From an uncultured bacterium (GTDB taxonomy: Bacteria; Krumholzibacteriota; Krumholzibacteriia; JACNKJ01), in the NCBI GenBank assembly GCA_964440095.1, contig CAYTPZ010000002.1, positions 1,764 through 65,763 of the forward strand: a DNA stretch of 64,000 nt, read 5' to 3'. Shown piece by piece: positions 9,739-18,707 of this stretch. The notes beneath the pieces were generated by a model. It had not been told where the DNA came from, searched no databases, and saw only the letters and a list, made by a program, of their open reading frames with translations. The translations under genes were made by a program, and so were the position numbers. Numbering within the stretch: position 1 is the stretch's first letter; every line of letters begins with the position of its first letter.

Positions 9739-10188
9739 TTACTTCCGATAGAGCGATTTGACCATGGTCCAGGTTTCTTCGGCCGTGGGTACAGCGCAGT
9801 AGACGCTCGCGATTTGATCAGCGAGATAGAGCAGATCGCCGCCACCCTCCGCATACACTTCCAGCACGTAGGGATAATCTCCGGCCGTCATGGGCAGGCT
9901 GCCGTTGTCTGTTCCGTCCCATACTACAGAGTGGGAGCCCGTACTTTTGAAACCGCTGACGAGAGTGCGCACCAGGTTTTCGCCGTCTTCCGACAAAACG
10001 AACAACAGCACCAGTCCATCGCTATCGAGTTCATAGCTGATGGTCGTAGGGCTGTAGTCGGGTTCGCCCGGAATGTTGCAGAAGGGATTCGGATCATTGT
10101 CGCCCAGGTTCCAGGCAGCGCCGGCGGGCAGGGCGATGAGGGCTGCGAAGGCGAAGGCCATTAGGCTCAGGATGTGGGCGCGCTTCAT
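9739..10188 (-). CDS. Small secreted protein made of a T9SS-CTD/FlgD-Ig-like beta-sandwich domain
   Basis: Signal peptide MKRAHILSLMAFAFAALIALPAGA, then NDPNPFCNIPGE..TTISYEL...SHSVVWDGTDNGS...AGDYPYVLEV, which follows the CTD/FlgD_ig pattern. Confidence 0.55.
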   Translation of the reverse strand: MKRAHILSLMAFAFAALIALPAGAAWNLGDNDPNPFCNIPGEPDYSPTTISYELDSDGLVLLFVLSEDGENLVRTLVSGFKSTGSHSVVWDGTDNGSLPMTAGDYPYVLEVYAEGGGDLLYLADQIASVYCAVPTAEETWTMVKSLYRK

Positions 10189-10743
10189 GATGTCATCCTT
10201 GGGTGCAAGTGTAGGCCATAATTTTACCATTAACTAGGACAAGATGGAAGGGGCTGGCCGCTGGCCGCTAACCGCCAGAGCGGGAATGGCTCAGGCTGTG
10301 GCAGCTGGAACAGAGTGTGGTCAAATTGCTTAGTTGATTGCCTCCGTTCCTTTTGAGACTCCGACTTTGTAAAACGCACCACCACTCGTGCCTTGGTAAA
10401 TGGCAACTCGCCGACTGCTACAGCCTTCTTAACTTCTGGCAATTCGCGAAACGATTCGGCGAGTCGCTAAAACTGATAGAATTGCGCATCGGAAATCTTC
10501 AGGGCTTCGCGCGAGTATTGGCGCATGGAAGAATAGCCGAAAGCCCATGCGCAAGAGTTAAGGTTAAGTTACAACAACAATTAGCGAATATCGCAAAACT
10601 GTATCCCCGAATGTGTGAAACGCTGATTTCCTGTGCAATTGAAGCTCGGGTCAATCCGCCTTGGTGCGCGGTTTAGTCTCCGGAATCTACTACTGACTAT
10701 CCGTTAATTGTTCCCGGCCATAGTTCCCTGCTATGGTCCACGC

Positions 10744-12063
10744 ATGGAACTCTTTGAACGTCAAAGCGCCTCGCCTCTGGCCGACCGCATGCGCCCCGAA
10801 ACCCTGGACGGCTTCGTGGGGCAGGAGCAAATCCTCGGCCCGGGCAAACCCCTGCGGCGATTCATCGAAAGCGGCAAGCTGTCCAGCTCGCTCCTGTTCT
10901 GGGGGCCGCCGGGGACGGGAAAAACCACATTGGCTCGAATACTGGCGGGAGTTGTGGACGCGGAATTCGTCAGCTTCAGTGCCGTGACCAGCGGCGTGAA
11001 GGAAGTGCGAAGCATCGTGGCCGCCGCCCGCGAACGGCTGATCCTGAACGGACGCCGGACCATGCTCTTCGTGGATGAGATCCATCGATTCAACAAAGCT
11101 CAGCAGGACGCCTTTCTCCCCCACGTGGAAGACGGCACCGTAATTCTCGTGGGAGCCACCACCGAGAACCCCAGCTTCGAAGTGAACAGCGCGCTGCTCA
11201 GTCGCAGCCGAGTCTTCACCCTTCGGTCTCTCAATGAAAATGACATCCTTACTCTGCTGAAGCGCGCGCTGCTCGATCCGGACAAGGGCCTGGGCGATCT
11301 GGAACTGGAATTCGAAGAGGGAGCGCTGGAGGCCATTGCGGGAACTGCCAGCGGCGATGCGCGCACGGCCCTGAATTCGCTGGAGATGCTCGCCGAAAGC
11401 TTGGACGGTGAAAAGCATGTGAGCCTGAGCCAGGTGGCCGACTTCGCCGAGCGTCGTAGTCACATTTACGACAAGGCGGGCGAGGAGCATTACAATCTTA
11501 TCAGCGCCCTGCATAAATGCCTGCGCGACAGCGATCCCGACGCCAGTCTCTACTGGGCCACGCGCATGCTGGAATCGGGGGAAGATCCTCTCTATGTCAT
11601 GAGGCGTCTGGTCAGGTTCGCCAGCGAAGATATCGGCAACGCCGATCCCCGTGCTCTGCAGGTAGCGGTATCGTGTATGCAGGCAGTGCATTTTCTGGGC
11701 ATGCCCGAGGCCGACACGGCGGTGGCCCAGTGCGTCCTTTATCTTGCTACTGCGCCCAAGAGCAACTCGGTCTATTCGGCCATCAAGTCGGCCAAGGGCG
11801 ATGTGGAATCTCTACCCGACGCGCCTGTGCCCCTGCACCTTCGCAACGCGCCCACAAGCCTGATGAAGGAGCTTGGCTACGGCAAAGGCTACGAATACGC
11901 CCACGGAGATGCCGACGCGGTGGTGGATCAATCGCATTTTCCCGATGAAATCGGGGTGAGGCGTTACTATCACCCCACTAATCGAGGCTACGAATCGCGG
12001 GTGCGCGCCTTCCTGGAATGGCTGGAAGAGCAGAAGGTCGAGCGCCGGAAGGAGGGCAAATGA
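10744..12063 (+). CDS. rarA: Replication-associated recombination protein A (AAA+ ATPase)
   Basis: Walker A GPPGTGKTT, Walker B LFVDEIHRFNK, and the MgsA/RarA C-terminal helical domains. Confidence 0.9.
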   Translation: MELFERQSASPLADRMRPETLDGFVGQEQILGPGKPLRRFIESGKLSSSLLFWGPPGTGKTTLARILAGVVDAEFVSFSAVTSGVKEVRSIVAAARERLILNGRRTMLFVDEIHRFNKAQQDAFLPHVEDGTVILVGATTENPSFEVNSALLSRSRVFTLRSLNENDILTLLKRALLDPDKGLGDLELEFEEGALEAIAGTASGDARTALNSLEMLAESLDGEKHVSLSQVADFAERRSHIYDKAGEEHYNLISALHKCLRDSDPDASLYWATRMLESGEDPLYVMRRLVRFASEDIGNADPRALQVAVSCMQAVHFLGMPEADTAVAQCVLYLATAPKSNSVYSAIKSAKGDVESLPDAPVPLHLRNAPTSLMKELGYGKGYEYAHGDADAVVDQSHFPDEIGVRRYYHPTNRGYESRVRAFLEWLEEQKVERRKEGK

Positions 12064-12350
12064 GAATTCGTCCCCTGGTGGCCACGGCCATGGGCACCTG
12101 GGATGGCCGGCGTGGCTACCTCTGGCATCTGGCTGTTGAGCCCGAGCTGCAGAGCCGTGGGCTGGGGCGCAAGATGCTCGAGGCTCTGGGAGAGGCTTAC
12201 CGAAAGTTGGGGATCCCCAAGGTCACCTTTCAGATTGAAACCAGCAATCGCGAAGTGTTGGGCTTCTACCTGCGCATGGGCTATCACACAAGAGACGATC
12301 TCGTTTGTGTGAGCAAAGTTCTTCAACAGTCTGCCAAGGAGGAACGATGA
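12060..12350 (+). CDS. GNAT-family N-acetyltransferase, apparently truncated to the C-terminal half
   Basis: Motif A QSRGLGRKML preceded by the beta4-like LWHLAVEP; only about 97 aa; ATGA overlap with the rarA stop. Confidence 0.4.
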   Translation: MRIRPLVATAMGTWDGRRGYLWHLAVEPELQSRGLGRKMLEALGEAYRKLGIPKVTFQIETSNREVLGFYLRMGYHTRDDLVCVSKVLQQSAKEER

Positions 12351-13102
12351 GCCGCAAAGAGTGGTGGGAGAGTTTTTTCCGGGGCGCGTGGCTCGATGTG
12401 CAAAAGGGCCGCGACACGGCCGAAATCGTGGATCCAGCGGCGGGCTTTATCGAACTGGCCCTGGCCCTTGAGCCCGGCGCGCGAGTGCTGGATGTGCCCT
12501 GCGGCGAAGGGCGCCTTAGCCGCGCCATGGCCCGCAAGGGTTATCGGGCCAGCGGCCTGGACATCACGGGTAGCCTCCTTACCCAAGCCAGGAAGCAGGC
12601 CAGGGCCGAAAAGCTCGACATGGAGTTCAAGCAGGGCGATATGCGGAAGATCCCCTGGCGAAATCGTTTCCACGGCGCTTTCTGCTGGTGGGGGAGCTTC
12701 GGATACTTCGACGACGCGGGTAATTTGGCCTTTCTGAAATCGGTTCATCGCTCGCTGAAGCCCGGCGGCCGCTTCCTCTTGGATGGCCACTGCGCCGAAA
12801 CCCTCTTCCCATCCTTCGATGAACGTCAGTGGATAGAAGAGGGGAGTACCACCGCGCTGCTCGAGAACCACTACGATGCCAGCACCGGTCGTGTGGAAAT
12901 GGACTGGACTCTCATCAAGAATGGCCGGCGAAGCCGTCGCCACAGTTCCATTCGCATTTATACTTTGAAGGAACTCAGTGAACTCGCCTGGGAGGCAGGC
13001 TTCTCGGAAGTTCATGCCTTCGGTGGTCTATCGGGAGAGGCCTTCGAATTGGGGGCGCCACGCCTTCTTCTGCTGGCTGAAAAGGCAGGAAGCGTTCGTT
13101 AA
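12347..13102 (+). CDS. Class I SAM-dependent methyltransferase
   Basis: Motif I VLDVPCGEGRLS, followed by acidic-loop and motif II-like blocks. Confidence 0.7.
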   Translation: MSRKEWWESFFRGAWLDVQKGRDTAEIVDPAAGFIELALALEPGARVLDVPCGEGRLSRAMARKGYRASGLDITGSLLTQARKQARAEKLDMEFKQGDMRKIPWRNRFHGAFCWWGSFGYFDDAGNLAFLKSVHRSLKPGGRFLLDGHCAETLFPSFDERQWIEEGSTTALLENHYDASTGRVEMDWTLIKNGRRSRRHSSIRIYTLKELSELAWEAGFSEVHAFGGLSGEAFELGAPRLLLLAEKAGSVR

Positions 13103-13219
13103 CCTATTTTAATTCCATGTTATTACACCACTTATAGCTTTCCTCTCTTTCGCCCCTCGCCAAAAGGGAAGGCCGAGGCTAAACTACTCTGCCTTTCGGA
13201 CGAGGCTCTAATTCAAAGG

Positions 13220-15868
13220 ATGTGCCCCTTCAGCATGATTCGGCTCCGAGATTTCATCATTCAGGGAAGCCTTTTGGCGGTCCTTCTCGCGCCTATCGCC
13301 GTGGCCGAGAACCGTGACTCCGAGCTTCTTTCCCCTGACAGCAGGATCGAGATGGAAAGTGAGATCACTCGCCTTCAGTCTCGCATCCAGCGTGCGCGCC
13401 TACATTGGCGTGCGGGGATGACCTCGATGATGCGCTTGGATGAAAGTGCCCGACTTGCCCGTCGCATGCCTGGTCCCCTGGCTCTGCCCGCTTCCGGTCG
13501 CAAAGCCCTCTTCCAGGAGCACGACTTCACCGGCATGAGTTTGCCCCCGCGTCTGGACTGGCGGGATCAGGGCGGCAACTTCGTAACTCCCCTGCGAGAT
13601 CAGGGTGATTGCAGCGCGGGCTGGGCTTACGCCAGCACGGCGGCGCTGGAAAGCGCCTTCCTGCTGGGCATGAATGCCGGCAGCTTGGAAGACTTCGACC
13701 TTTCCGAAAACCAACTCATTGAATGCATGGGCGAATACGGCTTTGCAGCATCCTGTGAAAGCGGATGGACCAGCGACGCCCTCTGGTTCGCCGAGAACGT
13801 GGGCATGCTGGAATCCTGTTGCCTGCCGTCCGGAGTTCAGGTGGAAGATGCCTGTGCCGGCGGCCTATGCGGCGAGGACGAAAGCCGCCGCTACCGCTTT
13901 GCCGAGTCGGGCGTGGTCTGTTATCAGGCCGATGTGGCGGCCGTTCGCCGTGCCCTTCTCATTTTCGGCCCCTTGATCAGCGCCATGAAAACCTATCCCA
14001 GCATGGACGCCTATAGCACCGGCATCTACAGCCCCTTGCCCGGCGAAGTCTCCGATGGAATCCAAAGCTTGCTCATTGTGGGATACGACGCCCTCGGCCG
14101 GGCTTGGCTGGTGAAGAACAGCTGGGGAGATGATTGGGGCGAGGATGGTTTCGCCTGGATTTCCTGGGATGCTCATACCGGCCTGGGCAACGATTGCCAC
14201 TGGGTGCGCTTCGATCCACTGGAACGCGGTCCCCACGCATCCTTTGCGGTGAGTACCAGGAATCCGCTCACTGGTGCGGCCTGCCGCTTCGAGGATCGGA
14301 GCGTGAGTTCCACCGGCGAAATCATATCCTGGGAATGGGATTTCAATGGTGACGGAAACACGGACGCCACCGGGCCGGGTCCCCATGAATTCAGCTTCGA
14401 AAACTCGGGGCGATTGAGTCCCCTGCTTCGCGTGATCGACTCCCAGGGCCGCGAAGATATTGAAAACCCTCTCGGCCTGTTAGAGGTTAGTTACGATGGT
14501 CCCCGCTGGGTGGTGGATGCGAAGCTGGGCAGTCCTTACGGCGAGGGTTCGCCTGAGCAGCCCTTCCTGCGAGTGCAAAGCGCGCTCAATGCCGCAGCGG
14601 CGGGAGACACGGTATTGATCATGCCCGGTCTTTATCAGGGCGTGCTCAATAGTGATCTACAATTGAAGGGCATTCCCATTGTCCTGCGTGGAGTGGGCGA
14701 GCCCGGCCAAGTGATCTTGGACGGGGGAGACGAGTCGCGCATTCTCACCATTCTACCTGGCGACGGCTCGGGGCCTACCCTCGAGAACCTGGTCTTCCGC
14801 AGCGGATTCCACACTGGAGGCGGCGGAGCGGTGTTGGCTGCCGGCGCCACAGCCCGCTTCGCCGATTGTCTATTCAAAGGCAATCGCGCCCAGGGTGTGA
14901 ATTCGGGCGGAGGTGCGGTCTGGACCGATCGCGCCTTGCTCTTCGAACGCTGCAAATTCATGAACAATCTGGCTGCCGGTCCCGGCGGTGCGCTGCGCGC
15001 CCAGGGCGTGCTCGGACTTTCAGCCTGCCGATTCGAAGGCAACGCCAGTGCCGACGGCGGTGGTGCTTTAGCGCTGGGACCCGGCGCAATTCTGGACGCG
15101 GTCAATTCGGTCTTCTTCGCCAACGAAGCCCCCCGTGGAGGAGCCATCTTGGGCCATGATTCCCGCGCCCGCCTTGTGCATCTGAGCGCCGCCTCAAACG
15201 GCGCCGAAGAATCTGGCGGATTCCTGCACTGGACCGGTGGTCGAGTGGAATTGGCCAACAGTATTCTTTGGGGCGATGAGGCGCCCATGGATGCCGAGAT
15301 TCACGCTCAAGAAGCCGAGGTGGATTTGGGGCGCTGTCTGATTTCCAGTGCAGACGGAAGTTCGGATCTCCTGGCTGGGGAACCAGCCTTCGTGAATCTG
15401 TCCGCCGGCGATCTCCACTTGATCGATTGCAGCGCCGGTTTGGCAGCCGGCGAAGATCTGGGTGTGCCGGTTGATGTAGATGGGCGCCCGCGCCCCAATC
15501 CCGTAGGGAGTGCGCCGGATCTTGGCGCTTATGAGGTCGAGGGTTTGGCCAGTGCGGTAGGTGAACCCACGCCCATGGCTTTTACCTTCGAGGGTATCTA
15601 TCCCAACCCCTTCAATCCTTCCACGACCATTCTCTTCCGCCTGGAGGAACCGGCCGAAGTTAAGGCCGGCGTCTATCATCCCAACGGTCAGTGGGTCTCC
15701 ACTCTCATGGCTGAAGAAATGGGCGCGGGCTCGCATCGCTTATCCTGGACGGCAAGGAGCGAGGTGGGCGAAGCCCTGGCCAGCGGGCTGTTCCTTGTGC
15801 GCATCGAGTGTCGCTACGCGGATGGCCGCGTGGAGAGCGATTACCGCAAGGCCATTCTGGTTAAATAG
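13220..15868 (+). CDS. Multidomain T9SS cargo: papain-like (C1) domain with a substituted catalytic dyad, PKD-like domain, right-handed beta-helix region, C-terminal T9SS sorting domain
   Basis: Signal peptide; DWRDQG..VTPLRDQGDCSAGWAYAST and LVKNSWGDDWGEDGF are C1A blocks; EWDFNGDGNTD resembles PKD; G-rich beta-helix repeats follow; C-terminus YPNPFNPSTTILFRL...KAILVK is a T9SS CTD. Confidence 0.75.
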   Translation: MCPFSMIRLRDFIIQGSLLAVLLAPIAVAENRDSELLSPDSRIEMESEITRLQSRIQRARLHWRAGMTSMMRLDESARLARRMPGPLALPASGRKALFQEHDFTGMSLPPRLDWRDQGGNFVTPLRDQGDCSAGWAYASTAALESAFLLGMNAGSLEDFDLSENQLIECMGEYGFAASCESGWTSDALWFAENVGMLESCCLPSGVQVEDACAGGLCGEDESRRYRFAESGVVCYQADVAAVRRALLIFGPLISAMKTYPSMDAYSTGIYSPLPGEVSDGIQSLLIVGYDALGRAWLVKNSWGDDWGEDGFAWISWDAHTGLGNDCHWVRFDPLERGPHASFAVSTRNPLTGAACRFEDRSVSSTGEIISWEWDFNGDGNTDATGPGPHEFSFENSGRLSPLLRVIDSQGREDIENPLGLLEVSYDGPRWVVDAKLGSPYGEGSPEQPFLRVQSALNAAAAGDTVLIMPGLYQGVLNSDLQLKGIPIVLRGVGEPGQVILDGGDESRILTILPGDGSGPTLENLVFRSGFHTGGGGAVLAAGATARFADCLFKGNRAQGVNSGGGAVWTDRALLFERCKFMNNLAAGPGGALRAQGVLGLSACRFEGNASADGGGALALGPGAILDAVNSVFFANEAPRGGAILGHDSRARLVHLSAASNGAEESGGFLHWTGGRVELANSILWGDEAPMDAEIHAQEAEVDLGRCLISSADGSSDLLAGEPAFVNLSAGDLHLIDCSAGLAAGEDLGVPVDVDGRPRPNPVGSAPDLGAYEVEGLASAVGEPTPMAFTFEGIYPNPFNPSTTILFRLEEPAEVKAGVYHPNGQWVSTLMAEEMGAGSHRLSWTARSEVGEALASGLFLVRIECRYADGRVESDYRKAILVK

Positions 15869-15939
15869 CCAAGGACTGAGAACTGAGAACCCTCTCCCGG
15901 ATCTGGGGGAGGATGTTTTGTACATGTCCAAGCTCCTGT

Positions 15940-16650
15940 TCACCGTTCTCCAAGCGCCTTTCCCATCATGGGCACAAAGCGAACAGGGATCACACTTCGG
16001 CGCAGCAACTCCCCGTCAACTTTGCGAAGGGTCACCAGTTCTTGGCTCCATCCACCCACCGGTGCGACCAATACGCCACCCTCGGCAAGCTGATCCTTGA
16101 GCGGTTGGGGGATCTTTCTCGGCGCGGCGGTGATCAGAATCGCGTCGAAGGGCGCCGCCTCGGGCCATCCTGCATAGCCGTCGCCCACGCGCAGGTGCAG
16201 GCTGTCGTAGCCGGTCGCCTCGAGATTGGCGCGGGCCAGGCGACCCATCTCGGGAATGATCTCGATGGACCAGACCTCCGCCCCGAGTTCGGCCAGCACC
16301 GCCGCTTGGTATCCGGAGCCGGTGCCGATTTCCAGCACTTTTTCCCCGGGCGAGAGCTCGGCCAGCTCGGTCATGAGGGCCACGATATAGGGCTGGCTGA
16401 TGGTCTGATCCTCGCCGATGGGCAGGGGGGCGTCGCGATGGGCTTCATCGACAAGATCGGGATCCACGAATAGGTGGCGGGGGACGGCGCGCATGGCTTC
16501 CAGAACCTGCTCATTCTTGACCCCGCGAGCCTGAATCTGCTTCTCGACCATACTCTGCCGCATGGCTTTCCAGCCGCCTTTCTCGGTTTCCGCCCCATTC
16601 GCCGCCAGGATGAACAGGGCCAGGGCGCAAAGAATCAGGTATCTCATCAT
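15940..16650 (-). CDS. pcm: Protein-L-isoaspartate O-methyltransferase, with signal peptide
   Basis: [10 protein letters not shown] and [16 protein letters not shown] motifs, plus PCMT family-wide similarity. Confidence 0.85.
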   Translation of the reverse strand: MMRYLILCALALFILAANGAETEKGGWKAMRQSMVEKQIQARGVKNEQVLEAMRAVPRHLFVDPDLVDEAHRDAPLPIGEDQTISQPYIVALMTELAELSPGEKVLEIGTGSGYQAAVLAELGAEVWSIEIIPEMGRLARANLEATGYDSLHLRVGDGYAGWPEAAPFDAILITAAPRKIPQPLKDQLAEGGVLVAPVGGWSQELVTLRKVDGELLRRSVIPVRFVPMMGKALGER

Positions 16651-16768
16651 GGCGTCATCCGTCTCATTTTAGCTCATTTACGCTGCGGATGTGGGGCCTC
16701 GGGCCCAATTGACCTAGAGGTCCGAATTCATTACCCTGCAGTGTCCCTATTCCCCTGGAGGTTTCCCG

Positions 16769-18697
16769 ATGAACGGTCGTGTGTGGCGGATTCTCACTCT
16801 GGCCATGGTTCTTCCCATGCTTCTGTTATCCGGCTGCGGCGAGAAGGAAGCGGCGCAAGAAAAAGTGGCAGAAAAGGCCCCTGGCGTCATTAAGAGAGTC
16901 GAGCGAGAAACCCCCGGAGTTCCACCTGAATTGGGTGGAGCTGGATTCGACCATTGGCTGGCCGAGACGGGTGACACCTCTTGGCAAACCGCGAAGGCCG
17001 GTATCACCGGAAACCCCGACGCGGTCAAGGGCGGCAAGCTGCGCATGGCCATGCAGGAATTCCCCGCAACACTTCGAACCGAAGGTAAAGACGCCAATAG
17101 CGCCTTCATATCTTCGGTCGCAGGACTCATCTACGAATCGCTTCTTTCCCTCGACAGCAACAGTCTCGAAATGGTCCCGGTGCTCGCCACGCATTGGAAG
17201 ATTTCCGAAGACAAGATGACCTTCAGCTTCCGCATCAATCCGGAAGCCCGTTGGGCCGACGGTGCTCCGGTGACCGCCGACGATGTGGTGGCGACATGGA
17301 TGCTGCTGGTGGACGAGGGCATCCTCTATCCCTATACCAACCTGCTCTATGGAATGTACGAAGAGCCCGTGGCCGAGAGTCCCTACCTCTTTCATGTGAC
17401 TACCACGGAAGAAAACTGGCGCCACTTTCTCTACTTCGCCATCTCCATGAAGATCATGCCCGCACATGTGATCGGTGGACTCGACGGCGGCGAGTATCTC
17501 GAAGAGTTCCAGTTCGACATGGTCATGGGCTCGGGGCCCTATGAACTGTTGCTGGACAATGTGGACAACGGCCGCAGCGTTACCATTACACGACGCGATG
17601 ATTGGTGGGGCGCCGACCTTCCGGAGAACACCGGCCTCTACAATTTCGACGAGATCGAATGGACCGTCATCATGGATGAGCGCCTCTGGCTCGAGAAGTT
17701 CAAGAAAGGCGAGCTGGATATCTACGTGGTCGGCCGCGCCAGCTGGTGGGTCGACGAATTCAACTACGACGAGATCGAGCGAGGCGTCTGCCAGAAGCGC
17801 AAGATCTTCAATGAGGATGTTCAGGGAATCAGCGGCTTGGCCTTCAATATGCGTGAATGGCCCTTCGACGACATTCGCATCCGCAAGGCCTTCGCCCATC
17901 TTTACGATCGCGACAAGCTCATCGATAAGCTTTTTCACAACGAGTACCTGAAACTCTACTCCTACTTTCCCTCGAGTGTTTACGAAAATCCGGACACGGA
18001 GAAATACGAGTACGATCCTGAAAAAGCCAAGCAGCTTCTCGCCGAGGCGGGCTTCAAGGAACGCAACTCCGACGGTTGGTTGGTCAATGAGAATGGCCAG
18101 ATTCTCGAGCTGACCCTCACCTTCGACTCGCCCAGCTGGGAACGCATCCACACGGTTCTTCAGGAAGGCTTGCAGCATGCGGGCATCAAGCTGAACCTGA
18201 AGCAGCTGACCAGCACCACGCAGTTCCAGAACAACATGGATCACAACTTCAAGCTGGCTTTCCAGAGCTGGTCCGGGCTCTACTGGCCCAACCCCAATAG
18301 CTCCTTCCATTCGGACAATGCCGAAGTGACGCCCTCGACCAACATCACCGGCGTGGCCGACGCCTATATCGATTCGCTGGCCTACATCTACGACAATGAG
18401 TACGACCAGACCAAGCGTGAAGAATTGATCAGGCTCATTGATCGCCGCCTCACTGAAATCGTGCCCTACGCTCTGGCCTGGTACGGTCCCTTCAATCGCA
18501 TCGTCTACTGGAACAAGTTCGGCTACCCCGATGGTTTCCTCAGTCGCACGGGCGACTACCTTGCGGTGCAGTCTCTCTGGTACATCGATCCTGAGCGTGA
18601 AAAGGCCATGAACGAGGCTATCGCCGATCCGAGCAAGACGCTCCCCATCGGCGAAACCAACGACACCTATTGGCTGGAAAAACTCGGGAAGATGTAG
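16769..18697 (+). CDS. ABC transporter substrate-binding lipoprotein, family 5 (Opp/Dpp/Yej-type peptide binding)
   Basis: Lipobox LLLSGC; SBP_bac_5-like architecture and length; first gene of a five-gene ABC operon. Confidence 0.75.
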   Translation: MNGRVWRILTLAMVLPMLLLSGCGEKEAAQEKVAEKAPGVIKRVERETPGVPPELGGAGFDHWLAETGDTSWQTAKAGITGNPDAVKGGKLRMAMQEFPATLRTEGKDANSAFISSVAGLIYESLLSLDSNSLEMVPVLATHWKISEDKMTFSFRINPEARWADGAPVTADDVVATWMLLVDEGILYPYTNLLYGMYEEPVAESPYLFHVTTTEENWRHFLYFAISMKIMPAHVIGGLDGGEYLEEFQFDMVMGSGPYELLLDNVDNGRSVTITRRDDWWGADLPENTGLYNFDEIEWTVIMDERLWLEKFKKGELDIYVVGRASWWVDEFNYDEIERGVCQKRKIFNEDVQGISGLAFNMREWPFDDIRIRKAFAHLYDRDKLIDKLFHNEYLKLYSYFPSSVYENPDTEKYEYDPEKAKQLLAEAGFKERNSDGWLVNENGQILELTLTFDSPSWERIHTVLQEGLQHAGIKLNLKQLTSTTQFQNNMDHNFKLAFQSWSGLYWPNPNSSFHSDNAEVTPSTNITGVADAYIDSLAYIYDNEYDQTKREELIRLIDRRLTEIVPYALAWYGPFNRIVYWNKFGYPDGFLSRTGDYLAVQSLWYIDPEREKAMNEAIADPSKTLPIGETNDTYWLEKLGKM

Positions 18698-18707
18698 GTA
18701 AGAGGGA

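Noticed and set aside
10338-10676. 112-aa ORF inside the long intergenic gap
   Set aside because: It has Cys/His/Trp-rich composition atypical of a real protein, no RBS, and lies in the lower-GC non-coding stretch.
16826-18310. 494-aa minus-strand ORF
   Set aside because: It is the antisense of the OppA-like binding-protein gene and has no recognisable motifs.
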